Source: Candidatus Obscuribacterales bacterium (GTDB lineage Bacteria; Cyanobacteriota; Vampirovibrionia; Obscuribacterales; Obscuribacteraceae). Taken from it: 64,000 bases of DNA. Under the pieces are notes generated by a model. The model searched no databases. It saw nothing but the letters and a program-made list of their open reading frames with translations, and had not been told where the DNA came from. Position numbers and translations under genes: made by a program. The stretch is from contig CBDDIJ010000005.1 of NCBI GenBank assembly GCA_965228855.1, forward strand, positions 1,248,001 through 1,312,000. The letters are read 5' to 3'. Of the stretch, positions 18,201 to 26,859 are shown piece after piece (the first letter of the stretch is position 1; every line of letters begins with the position of its first letter).

Positions 18201-19337
18201 AGTCCACCCCTCCACCTTGTCGCCGCTCGCCATGGCTCGACCAAGTGCGAGACCGCCTACAAGCCGTCTGGAGCTAGATCCCGATTCACGCGGACCGCCC
18301 AGCAAACTGCCTTTCACGGGAGCGCCATCGCCTGTGGTGCTTGGCGCCTTGCCGTCGGTCGTTGCGGTTTTCGCCCGCTCAGCGAGCATTGACTCGAGAT
18401 TAGTTTGTCCGGCTCTGCGCGACGAATACGCCTTTGCAATCTCAGAAAGCGGAACCTCAGATCCGGGTATGCGATGCATGCCACCCAGCGCGCCGCCGGC
18501 GAACGTCATGGTATACATGCCTTCGAATCGTTCCTGATTGGTAGCCCATCTGCCCTGAGTCAACCTGGCATTCACGTCGGCGTTGACGAGACCGGCCGGA
18601 ACGCCGGGCAATGCGCCATGCAAAACATCATTGGCGACCTTTACGGCGCCGGGTGCTTCTGCTATCGCGCCAGCCAACGGACGAGTGAGATGACGAAGAC
18701 CAACACTACCGGCAGTGAGCGTACCGAAGGTCGCTGCCCCGGTGATACCGTGTTTGGTGCGGGTCTCCCAGAATTTATTCATGTCTTGCTGCTCGACCGG
18801 TCTCAGCAGGAAGTCATATGCGAAGCCTGCCGCCGCGCCATCCGCTATCAAACCGGCGTTCGCGACCGACATGAGTCGGGAACTGGCAAGGACGCCTGCT
18901 TCGGTTTTCGCCGCGAAGGATAAACCGGACTTAGCTAGAAGACCTTTGGTAGCAACAAAAGGTGCAATCATACCCAGACCGCCACCGATCTGCTGCGCAT
19001 GCCAGCGAGCAGTACCGAACTTTTCATGTTCGGGAGCCGGCATTACATCAACGGCGTTGGCGATGTTGGTTTTAATATTGGCGGAATTGAGAGCCTTATC
19101 TGCAATCTGACCGAGTGACTTAACCGGAGCCTGCAGACCCTGGTAGAGTGCCGTATAGCCGGCTTCGCCTACGAGATCGACAGCATTTGCGCCGGCGCGC
19201 TGGTTGTCGTGGCGCTGCTGTGTCAGTGACAGCGTCGTCATCAAAGACTCGCGTGCTTCGTCACTGAGCTTGCCGGTCGGGGCTATGCCCTTGTCGTCGG
19301 CGGCTGGTTTTTCAGGTGTTTCAAACGGATTTGCCAT
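15288..19337 (-). CDS. Large hypothetical protein (Gly/Ala-rich hydrophobic N-terminal region, short repeats, RGG-rich segment)
   Basis: 1349-aa ORF; no recognisable family. Confidence 0.8.
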   Translation of the reverse strand: MANPFETPEKPAADDKGIAPTGKLSDEARESLMTTLSLTQQRHDNQRAGANAVDLVGEAGYTALYQGLQAPVKSLGQIADKALNSANIKTNIANAVDVMPAPEHEKFGTARWHAQQIGGGLGMIAPFVATKGLLAKSGLSFAAKTEAGVLASSRLMSVANAGLIADGAAAGFAYDFLLRPVEQQDMNKFWETRTKHGITGAATFGTLTAGSVGLRHLTRPLAGAIAEAPGAVKVANDVLHGALPGVPAGLVNADVNARLTQGRWATNQERFEGMYTMTFAGGALGGMHRIPGSEVPLSEIAKAYSSRRAGQTNLESMLAERAKTATTDGKAPSTTGDGAPVKGSLLGGPRESGSSSRRLVGGLALGRAMASGDKVEGWTPEIPPERVAPGEKPPAEVKAEAEVVVPPKETAGVAKETEGAAKPVETEAVAKPTETDSAGKPVDAPEKVAAPVETEISVPKGLELALEKGVNLAFEASDANCTPAQVKQFFEFARSPEGQALKESMSQVAKSYADDPRMMTLIREAYLPPEGVEHRVIEGDIKLKTPGATVDQYQRWAQFMQTVREMPQDVDGYINFRHDVFRWLNENKDLHDWARQYGEQNRYSKVAGPLDYYFGTSNLSRFVDVADGKIAANVGPKAAESSSVVNEGGAVQPRIRLDLTPEQAREGAVVDQFNNGLARLGNLDVNGIASGVKPFVETEGVAGRTPESERTRLQLETPEAARLASAENPAKVMEQRMEAFEKSPASRKKIEAMLLSEKFGDMTTEQFAKWLDYAYAKPEGATSNSATNLRSLWVGGRDALLSPQVAEAYRQYRFGETTPEGATPPPSLEAIRQFLSAPKTGETPEFSEWARFYVDARLEQAKGSAGPEAQPHQVLDAALPRWYVEGLKGQYVTDAKFAGDAPTYSSKLPVELAEAMEAARQTQPPKRPRSDGKPEREFKPPTNDAGFRLTKLEELMQVQDPIIRDNLLRLGAQDQTVLRNILQKLDPERAAPEYKELLQNVLPTTKNIGDVKILLDAIFFGNKNHRTDNGSQLTKAHQQLAMAVAENLVPQGNPHFERTQQIVNDMIAGKIRDPRPPRDFGDGGGRNFGGKDGGKDGGRDGGRGGRDGGRDSRGENRDVPKPEGDKTVAHQTGSRTAKVLAEPPRPPETVVAAQPKVVKPVETTSAKPPEVEQVAPADIIPQSQKGPSVVSETVVTPEQAQPAERLSAASERPATELERPGTETERSATELQRTATEKEASSQTIRDISSLKHGQKIKVDGKDAIFIAADAGTGEAIVRSGKPTQPKEQFYNAKLFDKLKLQEVGKDSGTNRTIYRDGDGKFYEVRVHGSGYMTALRTEYRAVKPSDVK

Positions 19338-19552
19338 GTATTTGCAGATAGAAACTTCTACTGGAGCGTACCCGAAGATTACGATTAAACGTGCCTGGCG
19401 GCAATGGTGGTTCTCCCATCAGTGAAACGGCGGCTATGATCATCAGCTTAGCCTTAGGGACTCTACATTTAATCTACCCATAAAGCCCGCTGGGTATGAT
19501 CGAAAGGTGCGCAAAGGCGTCCGCACTTTGTTATTTCAGTTCGGAATCGACA

Positions 19553-20230
19553 ATGGCCAAAATTCTCTTAGTCGAAGACGAGCCAGATATTTCAGACCTT
19601 ATTACAGCCTGGCTCAGAAACGACCATCACACAATTGAAGTTGCCGCCAACGGCGAAGACGCCATGACGCTTCTGAACATTTATACGTTCGAAGTAATCA
19701 TTCTCGACTGGATGCTTCCGGGCGTAAGCGGCGTGGAGGTTTGTCGCAGGTATCGAAATCGGGGCGGTACGACGCCAATCCTGATGCTAACGGCTAAAAC
19801 GCATGTCGATGAGAAGTCGGCCGGATTGGATGCCGGTGCAGATGACTATTTGACTAAACCGTTCGAGCTCAAAGAACTTTCGGCTCGTATTCGCGCACTG
19901 CTTCGCCGCCCATCGGCATTTGCCGGCACTGTGCTCAAGGTCGGTCCCATCGTCATGGACACGGCTACATATAAAGTGAGTCGGACCGACGAAAATATTC
20001 AGCTTCTTCCGAAGGAGTTTGCTCTCCTCGAATTTTTTATGCGTCACCCCAATCAGGTGTTCAGCGCAGAGGCTTTGCTGGACCGCGTCTGGACGTCGGA
20101 CTCCGAAGCATCGCCGGAAACTATCCGCACATATATAAAGAGATTGCGGAAGAAGATTGACGAGGAAGGAAAACCTTCCTTATTAGGTACTGTTCACGGC
20201 GTCGGTTACAAACTCGTCGAGCCGGAATGA
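19553..20230 (+). CDS. OmpR/PhoB-family response regulator
   Basis: MAKILLVEDE, ILDWMLP, GADDYLTKPF, winged-helix end TVHGVGY. Confidence 0.95.
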   Translation: MAKILLVEDEPDISDLITAWLRNDHHTIEVAANGEDAMTLLNIYTFEVIILDWMLPGVSGVEVCRRYRNRGGTTPILMLTAKTHVDEKSAGLDAGADDYLTKPFELKELSARIRALLRRPSAFAGTVLKVGPIVMDTATYKVSRTDENIQLLPKEFALLEFFMRHPNQVFSAEALLDRVWTSDSEASPETIRTYIKRLRKKIDEEGKPSLLGTVHGVGYKLVEPE

Positions 20231-20474
20231 ATTCTCCGGGTCACGAACCACTCTCGGTCGTTTTTAGCTGAAATTTGTGAAACGGTGGCTCGAACTTCGT
20301 GCCGGTTCCGGTTTCTAACATCTCAAAACCCTACGAGCGCGGGCTGTTTGCGCTTCTGAACATTTCTTTTGAAACTCTTGCTCGCATTCCACGAATTTGT
20401 CACATCTCTTGTCTAAAGTAGAAACATCGAAACACAAGTTTTGTGATTCGGCGACGACGGGGAACTTAACGACA

Positions 20475-20723
20475 ATGCACAACGCAAAAGCCACCGCCCA
20501 GCTCGGAAGATATTACACACTCAAATCGCTCCAACCGTTAAACCTGGACGAACTGCAATATCTTCACCACGGTGGTCTGACACCTCCCAAAAAAGATTGT
20601 CAGGGTTTCTTTCATAAGTGCATCGAGTCGTTCAAAAGCAATTTCCCGAAGATGAAACAGTTTGCTGAAGAGCTTTTCTACGAACCCGTTCATCAAGCCG
20701 ACGTTTACGGCAACGCTGACTAA
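20475..20723 (+). CDS. Small hypothetical protein
   Basis: ATG at 20475 within track ORF 20397-20723; followed by a hairpin. Confidence 0.5.
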   Translation: MHNAKATAQLGRYYTLKSLQPLNLDELQYLHHGGLTPPKKDCQGFFHKCIESFKSNFPKMKQFAEELFYEPVHQADVYGNAD

Positions 20724-20754
20724 CAAAACCATCGAAAAATTTTTCTGACAAAGG

Positions 20755-20780
20755 GGCGGACTGAGGTTACTCAGTCCGTC
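20755..20780. terminator. Stem-loop between convergent genes
   Basis: GGCGGACTGAG-GTTA-CTCAGTCCGTC, 11-bp stem with one G-U pair. Confidence 0.6.
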
Positions 20781-20846
20781 GGGGTTTTGGGGGTATTCTC
20801 CCGGGGCTGTTCTCGCGACAAAACAGTTTCAGAGTTCGCTGCGGAC

Positions 20847-21551
20847 TTACTGCGTTTGGGACACTACGTGCTCATTCAGCAGAATCTCTTCGACTACGGG
20901 TATGAAATCCCTATATTCATCAATTAACGATTGCATATCCCTCGATTGCAATAGCGTCAAAATTTCGCGCATGCGCATGCGTCCTGCGTCAGACAGACTC
21001 AGCATTCCCGCATCCGCGAGCGAGATAAGCTCCTGGCGATAAACTTCGACATCGTTGAGATTGGACCGAGAGTGAATTGATAAACGCGCGATACGCAACA
21101 TCGTTTTTAAATCCGCACGATGAATCTCCGAAGGTCCACCCAGCCCGAATTCTTCGACCGTGCGATCGTAAGTTCGATCTGCGTTGGCAGGATCATCAAC
21201 ATGCTCGATCGCTTCGTATATCGCTAACGCTTTTCGAAACAATCGTCCGCTGCTTAAGGAACCATCAGCATTTAGAGATGACGTACGTCCGACCGTAGGA
21301 AGAAAATCATTTCGCTCGAGATTCGCTCCCAACTTTTTCGCGACGTCAGTCTGAGCTTCGTAATCCTCTTCCAGACTCTTTACAGCCTTGAGTTTAGCCG
21401 CGACTTCACGGTCAAGTTCATCCTCCTGAGAAAACTGCAGACGCCCAACGACAATCGCGAGGAAAGCGCCGATGGATCCGAGAAAGAGTAAAAGCGTGTA
21501 CAGATCTGCGTTCATTGACTCGTGGATAGTTCGATTTACTCTAACAATCAT
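20847..21551 (-). CDS. Membrane-anchored hypothetical protein
   Basis: N-terminal TM LYTLLLFLGSIGAFLAIVVG; true start may be 21515. Confidence 0.65.
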   Translation of the reverse strand: MIVRVNRTIHESMNADLYTLLLFLGSIGAFLAIVVGRLQFSQEDELDREVAAKLKAVKSLEEDYEAQTDVAKKLGANLERNDFLPTVGRTSSLNADGSLSSGRLFRKALAIYEAIEHVDDPANADRTYDRTVEEFGLGGPSEIHRADLKTMLRIARLSIHSRSNLNDVEVYRQELISLADAGMLSLSDAGRMRMREILTLLQSRDMQSLIDEYRDFIPVVEEILLNEHVVSQTQ

Positions 21552-21690
21552 ATATCGCTGCCACCAGATGAAATATCGTATTCAGAAAAAAATTTTTTCT
21601 TTTCCATATCCAGAACCTATAAGCCAATAACCATCGCAGTTTCAGTCTGGTACCACCCCTGGTTGTACTTCTCGACCGCTCATTATCAAC

Positions 21691-21740
21691 TTGACATAAT
21701 CGGAAATGCCTTGCATGCTCTAAATATGGGTGCGCGGAGG
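21691..21740 (+). promoter_or_regulatory. Sigma70-type promoter and Shine-Dalgarno
   Basis: TTGACA (21691-21696), 17-nt spacer, CATGCT (21714-21719); GGAGG at 21736-21740. Confidence 0.6.
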
Positions 21741-21745
21741 CTACG

Positions 21746-21988
21746 ATCATCGAAGCGTTTGACTTACTAGAGTTTCAAAAGAAAGCTCGCGAGACCTGCG
21801 ACCCCAAGCGGCTTTTCGAGCTGTGGGAAGACGTCTGTAGACGCTACGACAGACGAGAGATCGGTGCGTACGAGCTGGAAGAGATGAAAGAAGTTATTCT
21901 TCCAAACTTGCAAGCTCTCGCTGGTCTTCGTCGATCGATCAATGATATCGATAAACCAATTGCTCGTCGGTTGAGGAAGCGCGCCTGA
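21746..21988 (+). CDS. Small protein (about 80 aa) with probable ATC start; absent from the ORF track
   Basis: Stop-free frame (I)IEAFDLLEFQKKARETCDPKRLFELWEDVCRRYDRREIGAYELEEMKEVILPNLQALAGLRRSINDIDKPIARRLRKRA* starting 5-8 nt after GGAGG. Confidence 0.65.
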   Translation: MIEAFDLLEFQKKARETCDPKRLFELWEDVCRRYDRREIGAYELEEMKEVILPNLQALAGLRRSINDIDKPIARRLRKRA

Positions 21989-22068
21989 ATCCGCTGGTCT
22001 TGGAAACTATTGCCGAGCGTTACCGTCTCAGCTACAGTTGAACGCTGTAATCTACCTTGGGACTGTGA

Positions 22069-23358
22069 ATGCCGCCGAAGCTCCTTCGCGACCAAACGAA
22101 AGTGGAGAAGAAACTCTCTGTTTTTCCGCGCGTCTGCGATGCCTGCAAATCCACTCATCGGAAGCTGTTTAAATTGCTTGCAGCATGCGTTCAAACCGCT
22201 GCAATCGTTGCATTGGCGCAAACGGTTTTCTCTCATTCAAACTCGCAAACCGCTTTTGCGTCTGGTGACTCCGATTGGGTTGAGGATGGAGTGAGTGAAT
22301 TCGCAGTACCTCGAGGTCGTCCGGAAACATTGCCTCCAACCCGGAAACAAAATGAAGACCAGCAAGTATTTCAGTACCAGGCGCGTCCCGGTCAAACGAC
22401 CGAACCCACCGACGTGCCAGTCGGTGAGATTTCCGATGATGGCGTTCCCGTAGACACGATGGGCAAAACGAAAAAAGTGCGAGCACCGATTCAGGCTGGC
22501 ATCAGCACATGGCAGCAAGGATCAGGAAACGGCTTTGATCAGCGCGCGGCACGCTTGCTGCAGCAGTCGCCGGTTCTTGCGACCCCACGCATAATCAACG
22601 CCGATCCTAAAGTGTTCAAGAGTTGGCTGACCGCAACCAATCCGGGAGTGCTTGACGGTGCCACCAAAGAATCTATCATCGAGATCAAAGGCGAATGGGA
22701 CGACTGCGCGCACGCGCTCAGAACTTTCGGACTCCCGTACACGCGAGTCAATCCGAAGAAGCTTTCCGAAACGAATTTGAACAACACCAAAATCATCGTC
22801 GTGAATTGCGAAGGACATCTTCCGATGGAATCGATTTTGCAACTGCGACGATTCGTGGCGATGGGAGGTTATTTGCTCACCACGGATTGGGCACTGGAGA
22901 ACGTAGTCGACAAGGCATTTCCAGGTATCATCGAGTGGAATGAAGGTTATTACACCGACGGAAACAACAATAATGTCGTAGATGCTGTTATCGTGGCTGA
23001 TGATGCGGCACTCACCGCAGGAACCCCACCGGTGGGTCACTGGCTACTGGTGAAGAAAAGTCAGATTGTACGAATTCTGAAACCCGAGACCGTTAAGGTC
23101 CTTGCTCGCAGCCGACACATGCGCGAAGATCCTGACAATCTGGGCATTCTCGCTGTAACGTTTACCTATGGAAACGGGCGGGTCATGCACCTGGTCGGAC
23201 ACTTCGACAACAATTCAGAATTAGCTTTCAATTCCGCTATTCCAGACGCGGCTCCCGGTCTTGGTTTCAGTCTCAGACAGGCATTGGCCGCAAACTTCAT
23301 AGCGCAAGCACTCAAACAAGAAATTCCGGAAGCAGACTCTGCAAAAACCGAGAAATAG
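22069..23358 (+). CDS. Exported hypothetical protein with a class-I glutamine-amidotransferase-like C-terminal domain
   Basis: Hydrophobic N-terminal segment; IIVVNCEG...LRRFVAMGGYLLTTDWAL...YGNGRVMH pattern. Confidence 0.6.
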   Translation: MPPKLLRDQTKVEKKLSVFPRVCDACKSTHRKLFKLLAACVQTAAIVALAQTVFSHSNSQTAFASGDSDWVEDGVSEFAVPRGRPETLPPTRKQNEDQQVFQYQARPGQTTEPTDVPVGEISDDGVPVDTMGKTKKVRAPIQAGISTWQQGSGNGFDQRAARLLQQSPVLATPRIINADPKVFKSWLTATNPGVLDGATKESIIEIKGEWDDCAHALRTFGLPYTRVNPKKLSETNLNNTKIIVVNCEGHLPMESILQLRRFVAMGGYLLTTDWALENVVDKAFPGIIEWNEGYYTDGNNNNVVDAVIVADDAALTAGTPPVGHWLLVKKSQIVRILKPETVKVLARSRHMREDPDNLGILAVTFTYGNGRVMHLVGHFDNNSELAFNSAIPDAAPGLGFSLRQALAANFIAQALKQEIPEADSAKTEK

Positions 23359-23465
23359 ACTCGGAAACGCAGCCTCAATATCCTGTATTCTTATGCATGC
23401 ATCGTATCTCGTCGATCACAGTTGGCGGCGAAGATAAGGTATGCGCTCGCTCTCAAACGGAATCC

Positions 23466-24728
23466 ATGGCTGAACAGAACGCAAATCCATATGCGGCGAT
23501 CAAAATCCCGGACTTCAGATTGTTGTTTCTGGGCAAGTGTTTCATCACGCTAGCGGTCCAGATTCAGGCAATAACAGTGGGCTGGCAAGTTTATGAGCTT
23601 ACGAAAAACCCACTGGCACTCGGCATGATCGGACTGACCGAGGCGGTGCCATCGATTGGGATTTCGCTGTATGCCGGTCACGTGGCAGATATCATGAATA
23701 GACGGCTGATCACGCGCACCGCAGTGTTTGTGGTCACTTGCACCATCGCATCCCTTGCCGCTTTCACTTTGTACGCTTCACCGGGAACGTCGCTTTTGAC
23801 GAGCATCTTCACAGCAATCGCCGTCTCCGGTTTCGCTCGCGGTTTCTTCAATCCAGCAATCTTCGGTTTGCTTTCCGACATCGTTCCTCGCGAACATTAC
23901 GCCAACGCCGCGGCTTGGAACAGCACCGCGTGGCAATCATGCGCGATGCTTGGACCAATCCTGGGCGGCTTTCTATACGTCGGACTCGGCGCAGGACCTA
24001 CTTATGTTGCTGCAACAGTTCTGGCATCACTATCTCTCGTCTGCTTTTTGTGCATCAAAACCGACAGCGTCATCGAACAAAAGAAACAAGCTTCGGTTTC
24101 AGAAAACATACGCGAGGGTTTGCGCTTCGTATTCTCGAACCAGGTTATTCTTGCCGCCATGGCAATGGATCTGTTCGCAGTGCTATTCGGCGGCGCTGTC
24201 GCCCTGCTGCCCATCTTCACCAACGAAATCTTCCACATGGGGCCTCAAGCTCTTGGCACTCTGCGCGCCGCAACTCCTGTCGGTGCTTTTTTCACGGCAA
24301 CATATTTGATGCACAATCCGATTACGACAAACGCCGGCAAAATTTTTCTGTTCGCTGTCGCCGGATTCGGAATTTGCATGATAGGTTTTGGTCTCTCAAC
24401 AAATTTCTACATCTCACTGGTGTTGCTTGTGATTAGTGGAGTGCTTGACGGCATAAGCGTTTACTTGCGCTCAACGATTTACCAACTGCTCACTCCCAAC
24501 GACATGAAAGGACGAGTCGCTGCCGTTAACAGCATCTTCATCGGCTCCTCGAATGAGATTGGCGAATTCGAATCCGGAGTCGCTTGTAAATTCCTCGGGC
24601 TGGTTCCATCGGTTGTCTTCGGTGGTTGCATGACACTACTTGTGGTGCTAATTGCGGGCTTCAAAGCGCCGAAGCTCCGCCGTCTAAATATTCAAGATTT
24701 ATACGCGGACGAAGCCACATCGCGCTAG
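23466..24728 (+). CDS. MFS transporter (DHA3/EntS-like)
   Basis: About 12 TM segments; GWQVYELT, AGHVADIMNRR, DLFAVLFGGA, GSSNEIGEFESG. Confidence 0.9.
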   Translation: MAEQNANPYAAIKIPDFRLLFLGKCFITLAVQIQAITVGWQVYELTKNPLALGMIGLTEAVPSIGISLYAGHVADIMNRRLITRTAVFVVTCTIASLAAFTLYASPGTSLLTSIFTAIAVSGFARGFFNPAIFGLLSDIVPREHYANAAAWNSTAWQSCAMLGPILGGFLYVGLGAGPTYVAATVLASLSLVCFLCIKTDSVIEQKKQASVSENIREGLRFVFSNQVILAAMAMDLFAVLFGGAVALLPIFTNEIFHMGPQALGTLRAATPVGAFFTATYLMHNPITTNAGKIFLFAVAGFGICMIGFGLSTNFYISLVLLVISGVLDGISVYLRSTIYQLLTPNDMKGRVAAVNSIFIGSSNEIGEFESGVACKFLGLVPSVVFGGCMTLLVVLIAGFKAPKLRRLNIQDLYADEATSR

Positions 24729-24831
24729 TGGCACTGTTCTTCCTCTCGCCAGCTAATTGCCGACATCAATTGATATTTTGTGCGACAATCGACGGAAAGT
24801 TTGCTAGCGACGAACAGCGAGGACAGATCTA

Positions 24832-25395
24832 ATGACCAAATCATTGACGGGGAACACTCGCCTTTCAGAAGCACTTGACGCACACGAGGCTGTACTTGAA
24901 TACATAATCAGCTTGAATCCCCACGACTTTGACCGGCTGAGGACACCCCTACTACGAAAAGTAATGCCACCACGGATAACACTACGTCGCGTAGCTGCAA
25001 TTGCGGGCATTTCAGAACAACAACTGCTCAGGACGGTCAATGAAATAGCCGGACGTCCCTATATCGATAAGCCTGATACGGACGAGAACAAAACGCTACC
25101 TGTCTCCGCAAAGGAAGCGCCGCCCTGGATGACCGATGTAAAACAAGACGAAATTGTTTGGGTCGATTGTTTGCCGATCGACGAGGAATTCGGAGATCCG
25201 ATGCCTCCAATCAACATCGCCGTCAATCAAAGCAAACCGGGAGATGTAATCGGAATCAAGCACAAATGGGAGCCACAGCCATTGTTCGACATCTGGAATT
25301 TACGCGGCTTTGAATTCTGGACGGAACAGCAAGCCAATGGCACATGGCACATCTTTGTGCATAAACCCAAATCGCAAGAACCTCATATTTGCTGA
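24832..25395 (+). CDS. DUF1858/DUF2249-like domain protein
   Basis: N-terminal FDRLRTPLLRKVMPPRITLRRVAAIAGI; C-terminal DPMPPI...WEPQPLFD...RGF. Confidence 0.7.
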   Translation: MTKSLTGNTRLSEALDAHEAVLEYIISLNPHDFDRLRTPLLRKVMPPRITLRRVAAIAGISEQQLLRTVNEIAGRPYIDKPDTDENKTLPVSAKEAPPWMTDVKQDEIVWVDCLPIDEEFGDPMPPINIAVNQSKPGDVIGIKHKWEPQPLFDIWNLRGFEFWTEQQANGTWHIFVHKPKSQEPHIC

Positions 25396-25435
25396 ATAGA
25401 ACTGACCGCACCAACCTGGCGCTATTCAGGCGCAA

Positions 25436-26374
25436 TCAAGTGAATTTTACGACCGCCAGGTCCCCACGCAACCGCGATGCTTCCTCGGCCGGTGAAGTGC
25501 CGAACAGACGCTTGAATTCGCGACTAAACTGAGAGGCGCTTTCGTAGCCAACCCTGCCAGCCGCAGTATTCGCATTCATTCCCTCGTGAACCATCAGAAT
25601 GCGCGCTTTATGCAAGCGCACTGACTTGATGTACTGCAGGGGCGCCGTGGACGTCACGACCTTAAAGTTATAGTAAAACGACGAAACACTCATGTCGGCT
25701 TCTCTTGCGAGTGTTTCAACGTCCAACTTGCGTTTGTACTCAGCGTGAATTCGCCTCAAAGTTTTAGCGATTTGAGCGAATTTACTCCGCCTTGTAACGA
25801 GTGCCTTCAGCGCATCACCTTGTTCGCCGCACAAGACTCTATATATGATTTCACGAACAATCTGTGGTCCTAAAATGCGAGCGTCAGAGCTGGATGAGAG
25901 AGACTTCAATAATCGCTCCGCTGCATTCAATAAACCGTCGTCGAGACGAACTGTGCTGAACCCTCGCGTTATTTCTCCGGCGCCCTTGTACTTGTCGTCC
26001 ATCTCCAGCAACAGCTCAGCGATCACAGTCGGCTCAATCCGGACGGCCATGCCATAAAGGGGCTGTTGATCCGCGCTAGTTGTTGTTTGACACTCGAACG
26101 GCAACGGGATCGACATAACAAGATAGTTATTAGAATCAAATACGAAACTCGACTCGCCGACGAAACCTCTTTTCTGTCCCTGAGCGATTATCACGATTGT
26201 CGGGTCGTATATCACAGGCACAGGCGGAGAAGAATGGCTCGCTTTCATAAAAAAGACGGACGGCAACAGCGAGTTTGAATAGCCTTCAGAACTGGCAAGC
26301 TTTTCAATCAAACCCGCCAGCCGCGTGTTTACTCTTTGTGGAAAAGTCGATGTCACCTGGGATTCCTCGTACAT
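25436..26374 (-). CDS. AraC-family regulator with AraC_N domain (YqhC-like)
   Basis: YDPTIVIIAQGQK, MSVSSFYYNFK.VT..APLQYIK, VGYESASQFSREFKRLFG. Confidence 0.92.
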   Translation of the reverse strand: MYEESQVTSTFPQRVNTRLAGLIEKLASSEGYSNSLLPSVFFMKASHSSPPVPVIYDPTIVIIAQGQKRGFVGESSFVFDSNNYLVMSIPLPFECQTTTSADQQPLYGMAVRIEPTVIAELLLEMDDKYKGAGEITRGFSTVRLDDGLLNAAERLLKSLSSSSDARILGPQIVREIIYRVLCGEQGDALKALVTRRSKFAQIAKTLRRIHAEYKRKLDVETLAREADMSVSSFYYNFKVVTSTAPLQYIKSVRLHKARILMVHEGMNANTAAGRVGYESASQFSREFKRLFGTSPAEEASRLRGDLAVVKFT

Positions 26375-26507
26375 GCCTGAGTTACCATTTCTTGCTTCTT
26401 TGGTGTTTCGAGTTTCATTGATCTGGGATGCAATTGCGAAATGCGGTTTTCAGGCGTTGTTGTGATCGTCGCGTGATCGAGACTGACAGCCCATATCTGT
26501 CATCCTA

Positions 26508-26571
26508 GAGGATCAGGCAAGATTTTGGCAAACGCACAGCGCAATTTGTTTTTTGTCGGAGTATCAGGCAA
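26508..26571 (+). promoter_or_regulatory. Direct-repeat operator, probably bound by the adjacent AraC_N regulator
   Basis: GAGGATCAGGCAA (26508-26520) and GAGTATCAGGCAA (26559-26571), 12/13 identical. Confidence 0.55.
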
Positions 26572-26795
26572 CCTGGCAGCACCAAGTCTGGCGAGTGGTA
26601 CCACTCACCCGCGCCCCTTGCACCGCAAATGCAAATATATCGCAAATAGCTCAAAACTACTGACAAGCCCCCCCTGCCTTCCGCATCATTATTAGCGCCA
26701 CGTAACAAAACGTCTCGAAAACTGGATGCTCTAGATTAACTCATGCTGCCAAGAGTTGAATTCGAACGTCTATCTCTTACACTGAGAGACTAATT

Positions 26796-26810
26796 TGCGA
26801 ATGTTTCTCA
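26796..26810. promoter_or_regulatory. Fur-box-like 7-1-7 inverted repeat
   Basis: TGCGAAT-G-TTTCTCA matches TGAGAAT-N-ATTCTCA at 12/14 in AT-rich context, about 50 nt before an operon ending in a PepSY-TM gene. Confidence 0.55.
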
Positions 26811-26859
26811 ATAAGCAAATTTCTAAGACAGGACGAAGTTCGTCTTGAAGAAGGTAACT

